64,000 nucleotides of DNA from Bigelowiella natans CCMP2755 (GCA_000320545.1 ADNK01000544.1:62001-126000), one strand, 5' to 3'. Shown: positions 26,914-45,512, counted from the first letter of the stretch. The notes: generated by a model from the letters alone, not told the origin. Numbers and translations: made by a program.

Positions 26914-27787
26914 TGAAAAGTGGAAATAGTTACCAAGGCATTCGTCTTTCGATTTCGTATTTACGATCGGACTCTCCTGGCGATGACTAGATATATGAAT
27001 TTATTCGTCGTCGTCGTCGTCGTCGTCATCATCATCATCATCATCATACAGGTTTTGCTCCTATTCTCGTGCAGCATGTGCAATCGAATGACACATCAGT
27101 CAGGCGAAACAGGTAGGACTTGGATTGTTGAATAAAAAAAAATGCGGGAATAGAGTGGTACATAGCTATCACCATCGTTATAGTAGAAGTAGTGCCTGCC
27201 CCATTGAAACATAATCTCTTCTTATTCCACGGATGCTATACATTATAAGTCTTGGAGCGTTGCTTAAGATTGCACAATACGGCGAGGATGAGTTGAGGAG
27301 TGTTCGAATGACGGGTGTGGCACAGGTAATTGTCCAGCTTGGTTTTCCAGAGATGTTGTTGTTGTTGTTGTTGTTGTTATTCTTCGCATAAAAGAGCTAT
27401 GACGTTACCGCACATAAAACTGCAAGTATTATCATGCTCATACATGCACATGTCATGTTTTTCTCATTCCGTGTGTGCGTGTTTGTTTGGTCGAGCAGAT
27501 AGTAGCAAGGCAGCAGCTTGAAGAACAAGATCACTCTCATATTGCTTCTAATGAAAAATCAGAATCGATGCAGTTGCTCGAAGTAAACCGAATAACAATA
27601 GCCAAAATCGCCCTCCTTTTTGACACAACACAACCTGCGATGATATATGGCGATTACGTGTGCGTTTTTGCATGTGTGTGTGTGTGTGTGTTACTTTCCC
27701 TCATTCAAACGTTTCCCACAGGTATTGCTGGAAAAATCCTCACGACAATTTGATCCAGCTACCAAGCAGGAATTTGTGATGTTGTGA
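24306..27787 (+). CDS. Hsp70 nucleotide-exchange factor HspBP1/Fes1-like (armadillo repeats)
   Basis: PTWQ|GLLKWSLENQ, DPDDLRFLEE|FMDSMHVD, DMISSIDMSIEFIKL|GGL, VISNACQNNPF. Confidence 0.8.
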
Positions 27788-28447
27788 TGTAAAATAGCAA
27801 TGCAGAAGCATCGAGCAGTAATAATAAATGTTCCGACTAGATCACATAAAATAAAGCGTGGTTCTGTCCGCAAATTCATATATGTGTAACGTTATTTATA
27901 TCTGTAGCTATTCTGCAATTACAACACGAGCAACACTAGAACATCTGATACACATGATCTCAACGTGCCATGCATACGTTATATATGATAAAACGCACCA
28001 CATCGCCTGATACATTCCATGAATAGATACTTAGAAACGCCAAGCGCCTTGCTGCATGTGCCATGGTACTGACATATGTACGCTAGTACGCATACGCTCT
28101 ATTCATCCTTAAAAAATCTCTGTCTCGATAGAACGTTTCGCACTGTAATTGTATGCTTAGGTCACGGCTGGCGCAGCTCGACATATATTTGCCGCATCCG
28201 CTTGTGAGCATGCGTGATTATGGCTTTGTGTGTACACGCCACATAATCCACGTGTCTTACGTTAGAGCTTCGCGTTTGTCTTATTACGCACATGCATATA
28301 CAAAATGTTGCGTACAGCCTTTTCTATGCATGTATCATACATGTGCTCTAGCACAGAAAACACTGATAACTGCTAAATACGCTGTGATAATCATGCGTAA
28401 GATATTGATCCAACATGTAGCACGTACTTCATCCCTTGGACTTCTTA

Positions 28448-28765
28448 CTAGAAAACATGGAATTCTGATGTGATAATCTTTGCTGTGTTGACCTTACTTT
28501 CGTCGCACGATTTCTCTGGTGCCACGAAGGTCATCGTGAATAGTTCTGCTGATGATGATGAGGATGAGGATAATGATGATGATGATGATGATGATGATGA
28601 TGGTAGACTTGAAGATGTGGTGCCAAAGGTCGGAGGTTGGTTTGAGCGCATTGGTGGCTGCTTCAATGCTGCCACGGACCATGTGTGAATTTGCATTTGG
28701 TTGGGTAGTGTTAGGATGTATTCGAAGTCGTAAGCCTCCTCACCCCCTAAGAAAGAATGAAAGGA

Positions 28766-28830
<65 letters not shown>

Positions 28831-28840
28831 ACAAAGTAGT

Positions 28841-28872
<32 letters not shown>

Positions 28873-31400
28873 ATATAGATTTACCAGGCCTCTTATTTGC
28901 TGCTATGATCTTTGCTTTTTTCCCCGAACCCTCTGGAGCAATAGTGGTTGACAGCAAACGCTCTAAGGCCTGATATCGTGAAATCCTTCATTATGATCAT
29001 GATTGTCATAAAAATCCATTACGTTCCAACGCAAAATCACAACAAGAAACCTGCTCTGGTTCTCCAAGAAGTACTTGTATGGAGGGCACCTAGGATCATC
29101 ATCACACACCGCACAAACCTTACACACCTTACATACACGCACAAACGCGCGCGGACGTGTTAAAGTGAGTGAGTGCGTGTGTGAGTGTGTGTGCGAGAGA
29201 GAATGAGAGAACCTTGCCAACTTTTTGCTTCACGACCGAAAGATTTTCGTACTTACGGATGATGACAAAAACGGCGAAATTAGGGTAAGATATAATCCCT
29301 TCAGAAGAGGAGGAGGGGGAGGGGGGAGAAGAGGAGGAGGAGGAGGAGGAGGAGGAGGAGGAGGACGCACAACATTGTAGCTGCTTGCAATAAATCATCC
29401 TTATTATCATCTTGATGATATTTTCTATTTCATTCAGTGCTCCTACTCTATCAACCTTCCCCCCCTTTGGAGGGCCAAATGCTGCATCTGGTATCAGGTT
29501 TCTGTCGCTCTTCCTCGCCTATTGAGGAGGCCAACACAACTTCAATGAGAATTATCTTCATTAGTGCTGCTACAATTGTCGGTGTTTTTTATTACTAGGA
29601 GGAGATCATCGACACCATCTTCAAATCGGGGTCTTGCGAAACGTGATTCAGCCTCTTTACGGTATGCCTTTTGCAGAAGGGAATGTCGCACAAATGAAGC
29701 AAATGTTAGCACCATTCTTGCTACTGCTACTAATTCAACGGCTACTACCTGCGCCTGAGCGACGGATTGATCAAACAACCAATTCTTAGGATACAAGACT
29801 ACGTATTCAGAGGTGTAATAACCACGAAGGCCGCCGACGGCATAAAGTTGATCAAGTTTAAGCGATCTTGATATCTACACAGATATGGACGAGGAAAATT
29901 ACGATGTGAGGAGGAGGAGAATAAGAGGTGAACGATACTATATTGGCAACGACAATAATGTTAGCAAATGATAAGATGATAAGCTGGCTGATATTCTTCA
30001 TGAATTCTGAAAGTGCCACCACCTGTGGGTTCGTGGAGAGCAAGGAATCAGTAATACCGACGAAGTTCCCTATCAGCGCAAGTGCAGATGCCGTTCCGAC
30101 CCCTAACGTAACCCTCCGCGGTGTAGTCCCAAGCCTATATGCTCTACCCAGTTAAATACTTACAGAGCAGTACGGCATGTGGTGCTTGCTACTAAGTGTG
30201 TCGTCATCATCCGCAGATGTACGAGGAAGCATGCTGGTTCATCACTATGCTTGCCAAATTGCTGCTTGAAAGGATATGATCTGTACGTACATCTTGAGGT
30301 CACGCTTTAGCTCTCCTGGTCGACCAAACACGTACGTCGCAGCATCCACATCTTCCTCCTGCAATGAGAGAGGAAATCAACGCCGCGCTAATGTCCATAC
30401 AACACGGAAATTACTCGACATTAACCTTCTTGCAGCCAATAGAACGAAGGCGACTGTTAGACCACCGCTTTGTATGAGCCAGCATTCGGATACTTGACAT
30501 TCCATTTCTCTGAGCTATAGAATTTGTTGGCGTTGACTTGATGCCTACGTATACCCCCAAAATAGAAGGCAGCAGCAGCAGCAGCAGCATCAGCAGCAGA
30601 TTTACATCATCGTGACTATGAGCTGCTGTGGACAATTGCTAGCATTGCGCAATAATCAGAGTAATTTTTCAAGTTCTTCAATATGTAGGCTGAAGAGTGT
30701 AATTCTCCGTTATATCAGTCGTTATCCATCGGTATCTTTCCGAACGCTAAACCATTATATGTTGACTATGGTATCATACACTTGCACGCTTAACCATTAT
30801 ATGTCGACTATGGTATTATACACTTGCACCCACCTTTCTGTCCACCATACATTATTAAATTGGATGGATCAGCTCTGTGTTGAACGAAGATGCCAGCATG
30901 CAGGAGTATAGTACAGACAGCTAGGACGCTGTAAGAGAAGAACCTACGACACAACGGGAGACGTAGTGAGATTACAATGGCTACCGCTGCTGCTGTTGTT
31001 TGTACAGATACTCAACTACCTCTTGTAATTGCGTCGACGAAAACAACAGATTGGTTGACTTCTCAGATTGGCTTGGAAACGGGGAAGCCTGCACAGCACG
31101 GATTGGGTGTTTGTACTCCCCATCTCCACCAAGCGCTGGTGTGGGTGGTGTACACGTCGTCAGCAGGTCAATTCTGGAGTGGATTCGTCGCATCGTCGGA
31201 ATTCCATTAGTCAGAAAAATAAGCTAAAAACATCTAAAATAAAAATCACCAACCTGACCATGATGATAGTAGTAGTAACGATTTAAGCAATACGACCACA
31301 ATAAAGTACGACAAGAACAGTAATTAGTAGGAGAAAAATAGAGCAGGAGGAGATCACTGATCAGATCAGGTTGTAACCGGAAAACAGTGATAAATGGCGA
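28448..31400 (-). CDS. PsbP-domain protein, PPD7-like (thylakoid lumen), with a long targeting leader; start approximate
   Basis: TPRRVTLGVGTASALALIGNFVGITDSLL, ARSLKLDQLYAVGGLRGY, VLYPKNWLFDQ, AAFGPP, ENLSVV, YDFEY..., ELFTMTFVAPE...IITSEFHVF*. These resemble plant PPD7 motifs as I recall them (ALGANFGGVTS.LL, LKLDVLYPI.G, F.YP..W..DQ, VAFGPPG). Confidence 0.75.
30744..30827. repeat. Intronic tandem duplication, 2 x 42 bp
   Basis: acgctaaaccattatatgttgactatggtatcatacacttgc followed by acgcttaaccattatatgtcgactatggtattatacacttgc. Confidence 0.95.
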
Positions 31401-31572
31401 TGATTTTACAGGTGCGACAACATAAAATACCTCATATTTTTAGGAACACATTTTGCCTGCCTGATGAACGATAGTCTCTGATATCAGCTCCCACCCCCCA
31501 ATCCCTCTCACTACCCTGAAGGCTCGCAACAAACGTCGATTTCAGAAGGATTTTCCTTCTTAATCAATAGGA

Positions 31573-32002
31573 ATGAATCCTGTTGAAACTCCATCCAGGA
31601 AAAATTTCAAGGGTAGCGGCTTAGATTTCTATTCCCCCCGATCAGCTTCTCAGACTCCATCGCATGGAGGAGGAGGACACCGAAGGAGATGGAAAAACAG
31701 TTCTCAGGCAATTGATTCGATGGTAAGTGATGAGAGATCACTGAAATTCGACTGAACCTTTTCTTCTCCACTTATTTTCAACAAATAGAATCCCTTGCAA
31801 ATAATAGGGGGAGTGGGAGGGGAGAGGGAGAGAGGAGTTTTTTGTTTCTTGTGACCAAACCTGCGACGATTCGGATTGGATCCGAAGTGGCGGGTAGATT
31901 TTCCACAATACAAACGACCGACGGCAAATTATATACTTTATCATCCCAATTTCTATATTGAAGAGTAAATAATGATCATTTTTCATAAATAATGTTGCAT
32001 CG

Positions 32003-32036
<34 letters not shown>

Positions 32037-33042
32037 GATTATCACCATCAGTCTCCCCTAAGCGTGGGAAGTATGGACGCTTCATTTGGTAGTAACAATG
32101 CGGATTTATAGTAGCAGCTTAAATAGTCCCATTCTTGAATTAAGTACTTCGTCTGCTGATTAAACACGAAGTTTGTGATCGATCTATCGATTTCAATGGG
32201 GTTGAGTGGTGGACGTCATATGAGGAGGAGGAGGGAATTGTGGGCAACGCATATTTCTGCTCATCCTTACGTAGAAGAGATTCGTCCAACAATTGCCTTA
32301 TATAGCTAAAAAGTTTTGTTGAAGAGAGAATCATTGAGTGTGCTTATGTTCAGAAATAACCACTTCCATACTAATATACAGACAATGGAAATAGCAGTGG
32401 GATGATAGACTCCAAAAGTTCTCATCGACGAGCTTCTACTTTATTTGGGAGGTGGGTAGCTTAAATTGTCCTTTTTTGAGGAGGAGGGAAAAAGTATAAA
32501 TTTGGATAAAAACAAGATCAAATGGCGTGTGATAGTGATAATGATAATGATGATGATGATGAAGATGGTGATAGTATATTTGTTCTCCACCATCAATCAG
32601 CCCTCAAATCCATCAAAGCTCTAAGGTTTGGGCCAAATTACCACTAGCACCACCAGTATCATCGCCCGCTACGCTACACGATTTAGGGGCTAATAATACG
32701 ATAAATTACGACAGACAGTGTTATATTGCTTAGCCATTATTACCAAACGACTCTCGTAGTACATTCATCAGTGGCCTTCTATTACAGTATAGGAGGCAGC
32801 AGCACTCCCTAGTTTCTCATGACGATTGTATATTGAGTGGTTGTCGAATGCTGTTGCAATCACGATGATGATGCATGTAGGAGGATCTTGATGTTCCAGC
32901 CTTCGTGATAGACAACGGGTAGTAGTATACACACACACACACAAACACAGACACACCTATCCATGTGATCATCTCGCTTTATTTCCTCTCTCCTGTAGGT
33001 CTGGATTTCTCAAAGCAGGGTACGGCACGGAAGATCGCCCGC

Positions 33043-33080
<38 letters not shown>

Positions 33081-34063
33081 AGGTTTGCTTATGATGGGAT
33101 ATGTAACAAGGAGGAGGGGGGCCACGACTAGTGGATATACATTGAATAGAACTGTTAGTTATGGTGCTCCGACGATAAACAATATTGCTAATGGGTGACA
33201 ACACGATGACCAGATCTATATAGCGGCTGTAGGGGAGGCGAAGTATAAGCGAGTAATCCTTGGCAGCAGAAGGTGTTGATGATACTACATCACAATTAGT
33301 AGCAATGAGTAGTCTTGAAATGACGGGAGAATGGTGGTCAAATTTGAAAATACAGCGTAGTCAGTCAATTGGGAGAGGGGGGAGGGTGGGTAAGTAGAAA
33401 ACAGCTGTGTTTGTACACTACTTACGTCCGCTCTAAATTAAATACAAAGCAGTAGTAGTAGTAATAGTAGTAGTAGTATTTAGATGACACAATAGAATAT
33501 TTGCTCTGCTACCACTACTACTACTACAACTACTACTACTACTATTCGCAACAGACTTGATAAGGTGATAGTCGGAACACAGCGGATAGGAAGGCTGAGG
33601 GGCGCTTTGAAGCTCTCATATCCTACAAATGCAGGCGTTGTGTCCAACTGGGAGCACGTGCAGAAGCTGTGGGAAAACGCATACGAAGAGCAAAGGGTGT
33701 TGTTCCATCATAAACAGCACAATCTCATCATCATTCACTACTCTCTAGTGTTTACCTACTCCTCTCTCTTGTTATGACAAAAGAGCCTCTCTTTTTTCAT
33801 AGCATAAGAGATACTTTACTATTTGTCAAAGAGATAACAATAACAACAACAACATTCTCATTAGTAGTAGTAGTAGTAGCAGCAGCAGCAGTAGTATATA
33901 TTGAACCCCATAGCAGCCATTGTTTGATGACATATACTGCATCAGGTCTCTCCTCGAAACCATCCTCTATTGATGACGGAGCAACCTCTTTGCCTTATGA
34001 AGCATCGAATCACCACTGCAGAGGTGAATACACAATCTATTCTAGCTCTATGACATACCACTG

Positions 34064-34102
<39 letters not shown>

Positions 34103-34963
34103 TTGCTGCTACTACCATCCATTGCTATCTGCAAGAAACCAAAGAAAGTTATACAATACAAGTCTGTATGTCTCTATTGTTCATTTCTTTGCATTTCACT
34201 ACTACACTTCGTTGTACGTCTAAATGTATATCATTTTTCTGCTATTTTGTTAACTATGGCTGTGGATTGGAAGATCCTTTATGAAACAATGGAGGTCCCG
34301 TCCATGTGTTTTCAACTTCCGCAGGTGGTAGAGTCGCCGCTGGTGTTTGCGAGGGGGGGGAGGGGGAGGAGGGGGGGGAGATGCATAGAACGCAGATACG
34401 TGTTCCCAAGCATGCTGCAAAGTGATGAAAGGCTGCTACCACTAGAAGGGACTTCATTTGACACCTCGAGAAATGAAGATTTATCAAATATCATGATGAC
34501 CATCCTCCTCCTCCTCCTCTTCCTAAGTCTTACACATGATCATCACCATATTTAAGATGAAATCGGCATTATGATGATCAATAGGTGCTAGGGCTGTACG
34601 CGGTTGGAAATACAACGGGTCTCATGGTTGACTCTGGAGACACTCTCTCTTCGGTACTAACGTTGCCTAAAGTATATTAGTAATACTAGTATATTAATTC
34701 TTCATCATCATCATCATCATCATCATCAACAACAACAACAACAATAGGCTGTACCAATCTTTGATGGGCGATATGATCCAAACACTGTATGTGTTACCAA
34801 TCTTGCTGGAAGAGACGTCACACAGTCAGCAGCCATATATCTATTATCTTCATTGTCTTAGTAGTACTAGTAGCAGTAGTAGTAGTAGCAGCAGCAGAAG
34901 GAGTAGTATGATCAGCATAACTCTCCACAATCCGTTATCCTCTCCACCACCACCACCACCACC

Positions 34964-34997
<34 letters not shown>

Positions 34998-35447
34998 TTC
35001 TCACCACTACTTCTACTACTACTACTGCCATGTCTATCCAACGGTAGATATTTAAGTCGTTTGCTGAGGCTGGCAGGGTGGAACATGACGTCCTCTTCTG
35101 AGATGGAGGTCGTACAACTGCTAATCCATTGCTACTACTACTACCCTATCATCACCAATTAAGTCTAATGAAAGGGAGGGAGAGAGAAGAATCAATGTTC
35201 ATATTTAGCACCTTATCTCGTGGAAACCTGACTAAACAGAGCCCCCCCCCCCTCCCATTTTCTTTCTTCCTCTTTGTTCAGGAAGTAAAACGAATAAAAC
35301 AAAAGCAGTGTGCCACGGCGTTCAATCTTGCATCTGCTCTGCGAGACTATGAAGATACAGGAATAGGTAGTAGAATAGTGGTTGTTGTTATTGTTAGGCA
35401 TTGCTACAAAGAGCATATACAAATTTATCATTTTAATTTGTGTTATG

Positions 35448-35484
<37 letters not shown>

Positions 35485-36929
35485 GCTGGTGATAGGGTAT
35501 AAGCTTCCAGACGGGAGAGTTATAAAAATTGGATTGGAGAAATTTGAGGCCCCAGAATTGATGTTCCAGGTTAGTGTTTTTTCTGCTGCTAGTAGTAGTA
35601 GTAGTAGTAGTAGCAGCAGCAGCACGCATAATGATGCTGCTCAACGAAACCAAACATCATCATCATCATCACGATCATACATAAACACCACTTTACACGG
35701 GTAGTAGAATAGTACAGCAAACTGCAAACGGGTTCTGTCGCATGAAATACGCAGATTAGTGATGACACATGTGTTGTTTCTCCTCCTCTCCTTCTCCTCC
35801 TCCTATTTGTAGCCATCGTTAATGGGAAAGGAAAATCCTGGAATTCACGAGCTAGTATGTAACGCGATTAGCAAGGTAATATAGGGAGTCATTAGCGAAC
35901 TAATGTCGCAGTTATGATCGACCAATAGCATAGCGGTCATAGTAGCGTATTTCTCTTTACGAGATTGATTTTTAAAGGTAATTTTTTACTCTTTCCCACG
36001 ATATTTTCCCGTACATTTGCATGCACATTATGGTGAGCTGTCTACATCATCGTTCATTGTTGCTATTTTGTATTGCACAGTGTAAAACGGAGCACCGACG
36101 TCACATCGCGCGGCAAGTTATCCTCACAGGTCTTTAGTCGTCCTATCATCGTCAATTGAACATAAGAGTGAATAGTTATTTATGCCTTTACGCAGTACTT
36201 GTTGATATTCTTCCTGAATTCCAAAGTTTGCTCGAAACTACCTTCGATAGGAGGCAACACTACCTTTAAAGGCTTTGAATATCGTCTAATGACGTCTGTG
36301 AAAAAATTGCGAAAAATATCAGGGTGAGCTGCATGAAGGAAGAATTGAAAGACTCACATCATTATTCTTATTTGGTGTGAGGAGGAAGAGAAGAGAAGAA
36401 GGGAAGAGATGGGAGTTCCAATTTCTTGTCTTAAGTTCTTTTTTTGGGACCCGCATGAAAAACTACAAAAAATGATTGAAATGCAATATATTACCATTAT
36501 AGCTAATCTGTCAAGCGCTGCTTCCTCTGTATTATTCAGAATGACATTCAAGGCACCAGAACGGCGTGTTGAGCTAGCATGGGCAGGAGGTGCAGTTTTA
36601 AGCACCCTCAGTCTCTTCAAAGGTGATGCTGTCGTTTTGCTGTGGCGGATACGCTGCTGCTGTAAAATATTGATAATGCTCATGCTAGCATGTGGGTGGT
36701 AATATCCCAACCCCAATCATAACACGAATTTGGACTCAATAGCTGCAGCCACTACTGCTTCGGCCACTGCCATAATTATTTAATAATAAACCTTGAAATA
36801 TTCCGCATCATCTCCTGTCGATTGGTTTGGACAGGAATGTGTACGACTAAGGAGGAATTTCTGGAGTACGGAGCACAAGTATACTATAAGAAGAGAGCAC
36901 AGGATGGTGTAACAGAGGCGCTTGTGTAG
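31573..36929 (+). CDS. Divergent actin-related protein (closest in appearance to Arp1/centractin-type) with a Ser-rich N-terminal extension
   Basis: AFVIDNG|SGFLKAGY, LRGALKLSYP..GVVSNWE, HPLLMTEQPL, LYAVGNTTGLMVDSGD, LAGRDVT, YKLPDGRVIKIGLEKFEAPELMFQ|PSLMG, GGNTTFKGF..RL, APERR...AWAGGAVL, TKEEFLEYG. Confidence 0.88.
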
Positions 36930-37831
36930 CAGCCAAAGCCCACTCATCATTCACTTGTTAACAATGTATTTAAGACCACAACGAAGCATCGCAGGCTATC
37001 GCGTACAGCTCAGAAGTCGCGTCCGTCCGTGCTTTCACACTTCACATGGTGAAGCTCTACTGTCAATTGCCGCGGTTTTGCACGCGCGCATCTTTGTGAC
37101 TGTCATGATTGCATCATCAATGTCATTGTGTTGTGTCATCATGTGACGCGTCATTCATGCACTGGATTGGGCGCTTGCATGTGATTCGTTCATGCGTCGC
37201 TGGAATCAAACTCTCAGCGCAAGCCATGTCTCAGTGACCTAGATTGCTAGAGAGAGCATTGTCTGAACTAATGGACAAATGGGTGTGCATTGCACCATCC
37301 ACTAGCATTCCAGCATTGTGCATGTCATGCGACAGAACAGAACAGGAAGAATGCATTGCCAGAATGCATTGCTTGTGAACTAAATGTAGCACAACGCCTA
37401 CATACGCCGCGCAGGTGATGTGACAATTGCGAAATGATGTAAAAATGACTAGCACGTACTAGCGTAGCCATTACGACTGCCATAGGGAATGTCATCAATC
37501 TAGCGTACGGCAACTAGCTATCGAGCGTGCTAGCGTGTGTGTGCAGTACAACTCAGCAGTTTATGTCTGCCGTTCACGATCGAACTTCTGTCTGCACTGC
37601 CTCTTTAGTTACTACGATGTGTATTAACCGAATGTAATTTGCAATGTAGTAGGAATATTTTTTGCTGCATTATTACTGACACTAAAAGCACTGTTGGCAT
37701 GTACTGTAAGTCATACATGGCTAGATGGTCCATTCATGCAACAGTCTTCGTACTTTGTTATCCACCTCATTTGCACATCTTGAGATGAGCCTCCTCTTCC
37801 TGAATGTGCAGCAATGCTTAACATGCAGTCG

Positions 37832-37886
<55 letters not shown>

Positions 37887-37976
37887 GAGGGAGAGGCGTC
37901 TACTAGAAGCTTTTACATGCAGTCTAACTACTGCTCGTGAGTATATCGTATGGCTGCCACCTTGCCTAGGACTGCT

Positions 37977-39763
37977 TTAGATGATGTCATCTTCGTCAAA
38001 CCCTCGACGTCCAGGAGCTCGAAAATGGTCAGGATCGGGTGTCATTCTGTGCTCGCCATCACGAGGGCATAAACAATTTTGAAAAAGGGCAGCAGCACAG
38101 TAGAAGCATTTAAAGTTGTAGGAGCTCGAAAATAATGATATACATTACTACAATCAAAAAGAAGAGAAGAAATGTCTATCTTTAGCTCCCCCTCATATCT
38201 ATCGCATACTACTACTAGGTTATGTGTTAATATCTTGCGTGTCGTCGTCGTCGTCGTCGTCATGAACTACCCGCTGCCTCCCCCAAACGGTCCAAAGGGA
38301 TCGAATCGTGCTCCCGGTATTCGTCCAGGGTTCCGAGGCCTTTCCGATAATATAGTAGTAGTAGTAGTAGTAGAGATTAGTAAATGCAGCGATAAATGAA
38401 CACACGCAAACTTTTGCACACACACACACACACAAACACTCACAGGGAGACAAACACAGTTTCGTTGGCGTTGATGAGGTTCATGAATAGTTTCCTCCTC
38501 CTCCAAGCATCTTGCTGCTATTCCTACTACTCCTACTACTACTACTACTACTTACCTTCGTGGAGGGATAGCCCCAAGTCCCGAGCCAAAACCTGGGTGT
38601 CTGGGCCCCACCAGCATGCCGTTGTCAGGACTATTTATCATCAACAGCAGATTTAAGACAGGATGACGATGATCATGATGAAGATGACCAGCGAATATTT
38701 CATATCTGTAATGTTATTCTTAGTTCTTGCCAGTACAAACAGATAATGCGATTATTCTCCGCATTATCCGCCTCCTTTCTTTCCTCTCTCACATCAGTCG
38801 TCTCATCAAGATCGTCGTTGTAGTATTATCTACTTTCATTTTATTTTACTCTCGCCCCCTTCCCTAGTGAATCCCCTCCTCCTCATCCCCTCTTCTTTTC
38901 TTCTCTCTCTTTCCGTCTTACGCGAAGGGATTGAAGCCCCTTCTCGGATTATTGGGTCGCATGCCTGAAGGCTGGTTTGGATTGAATCGTGGGCGGGGGG
39001 GGGCATGACTTGATGCGAAGGGATTTGGCCTTTCAACTCGACTAGCACCCTGAGGTTTGGTAACCTTCTCCTTGTCCTTTTTATTTCCTTCCCCCTCCTC
39101 CTCCTTCCCCTTTGAATCAACCTCCATAGCTCCACGTGTAGTGTTGTCATCTGTGGCAGCGGATTTCAGCCTGAGGGATTGGAAGGTTGTTTCACAGCAA
39201 GAATGGTGTCGGGAGGGTAATATTTTTACGACAACTTTTGACATTTTAGTAATGATGATGTTGATGATACTGAAGAAGATTGAGGACGGGAATCAAGATT
39301 ATAATTACTACGACTATGGAAGATTGTTCAATATGATTCACGTAGCTATTTCACGACCCTAGCAGTGGCTTGAGGAGAGAATTGTTTAAGTCTTTCATCA
39401 GCGACGGAAGGTCTACGAATAATTCCTTCGGATTCCAACCACTACTCCTCAGCATTTTATTCAAAGCACCTTGTGATTGATCTACAATCTTATCTCGAAC
39501 CACCAGTGTGATATGATTGAGACTGTTCTCTGAAGTTTTGGTATTCTTCATTTCCTCATCATTTGCTGCGTAAACCATCAGGTTTGGACCGACGCGGATC
39601 ATTTTCACCGTGAATGAGGTCGGCAACGTCTGTTCTTGCTGCTGTTCTTTCTTGTTTTTTGTTTGGTAGCGAAATAAATAGCCCTCTTTCGATTCATTCC
39701 ATCCTTTGGGGCAAGCTGGGAGTGGGTCTATAAGAAGAAGAAGATGTGTGTGCGTTCAGGCTC

Positions 39764-39809
<46 letters not shown>

Positions 39810-40064
39810 CACACAAACACACACAAAAGTCTATACACATATGTGGGTTTGGGAGGCAAAGTGTGTGAATGTGTGATAACCGAGGAAGTCATTATTTTCA
39901 CCTTTTCCGCTGTCATGTTCTGAGAGACCGATACAAACCATGTTCGAAGCCAGGAAAGATAAATGTATTGTGAAGGCCAATGCATCATGTGCATCTCTTA
40001 TCTCAGGTTTAAGCTTAGTCAGGAGCGAAGGGATTTCGCCTAAAGCTCCTTCCTCGGTCGACAT
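37977..40064 (-). CDS. PSMF1: Proteasome inhibitor PI31 (PSMF1)-like
   Basis: N-terminal FP domain (DAHDALAFTIH, PKGWNE..Y.FRY) and a Pro/Gly-rich C-terminus with IPGARFDPFGP and PDPDHF. Confidence 0.88.
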
Positions 40065-40464
40065 CGTTAAATGTGTGTACCACGACTGCAAAATGAACGT
40101 GTTTAATAACATCATTTTAATTCACTTCCCATTTAGTCAAACATACCTCCCCCAAATTTCTCTTCCTCTTGAAAACCTGCCTTGAGTAGGTGAATGTCAA
40201 TGTTGTACTCGTCGCCGGTGACGTACGAATACTGTGTTCGGAAAGACAATCTGCAAGAAATTCATCCCCAACATTCCCATCACGGAATTTTTATTATGTT
40301 CAAAATGCAGAGGATTTATCTCGGAAATTAAATGAAGATGATGACGCAAATTATAATTGACATATCTTTTGTTTAACAGGTACCTGGCTAGAGTTTTTTG
40401 TAGTCGGAATCCAGATATTTTTGGGTTCCGACGACTAGTTCACGTAACAAGAACGACAAAATAA
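40065..40464. promoter_or_regulatory. Putative bidirectional promoter between PI31 and TTC29-like genes
   Basis: Short gap between divergent genes, free of microsatellites. Confidence 0.45.

Positions 40465-45512
<5,048 letters not shown>

Noticed and set aside
30640-30745. In-frame TGA codons suggesting readthrough or selenocysteine in the PsbP-like gene
   Set aside because: An alternative acceptor (CTCTTCAG) gives an open frame, so no recoding is needed.
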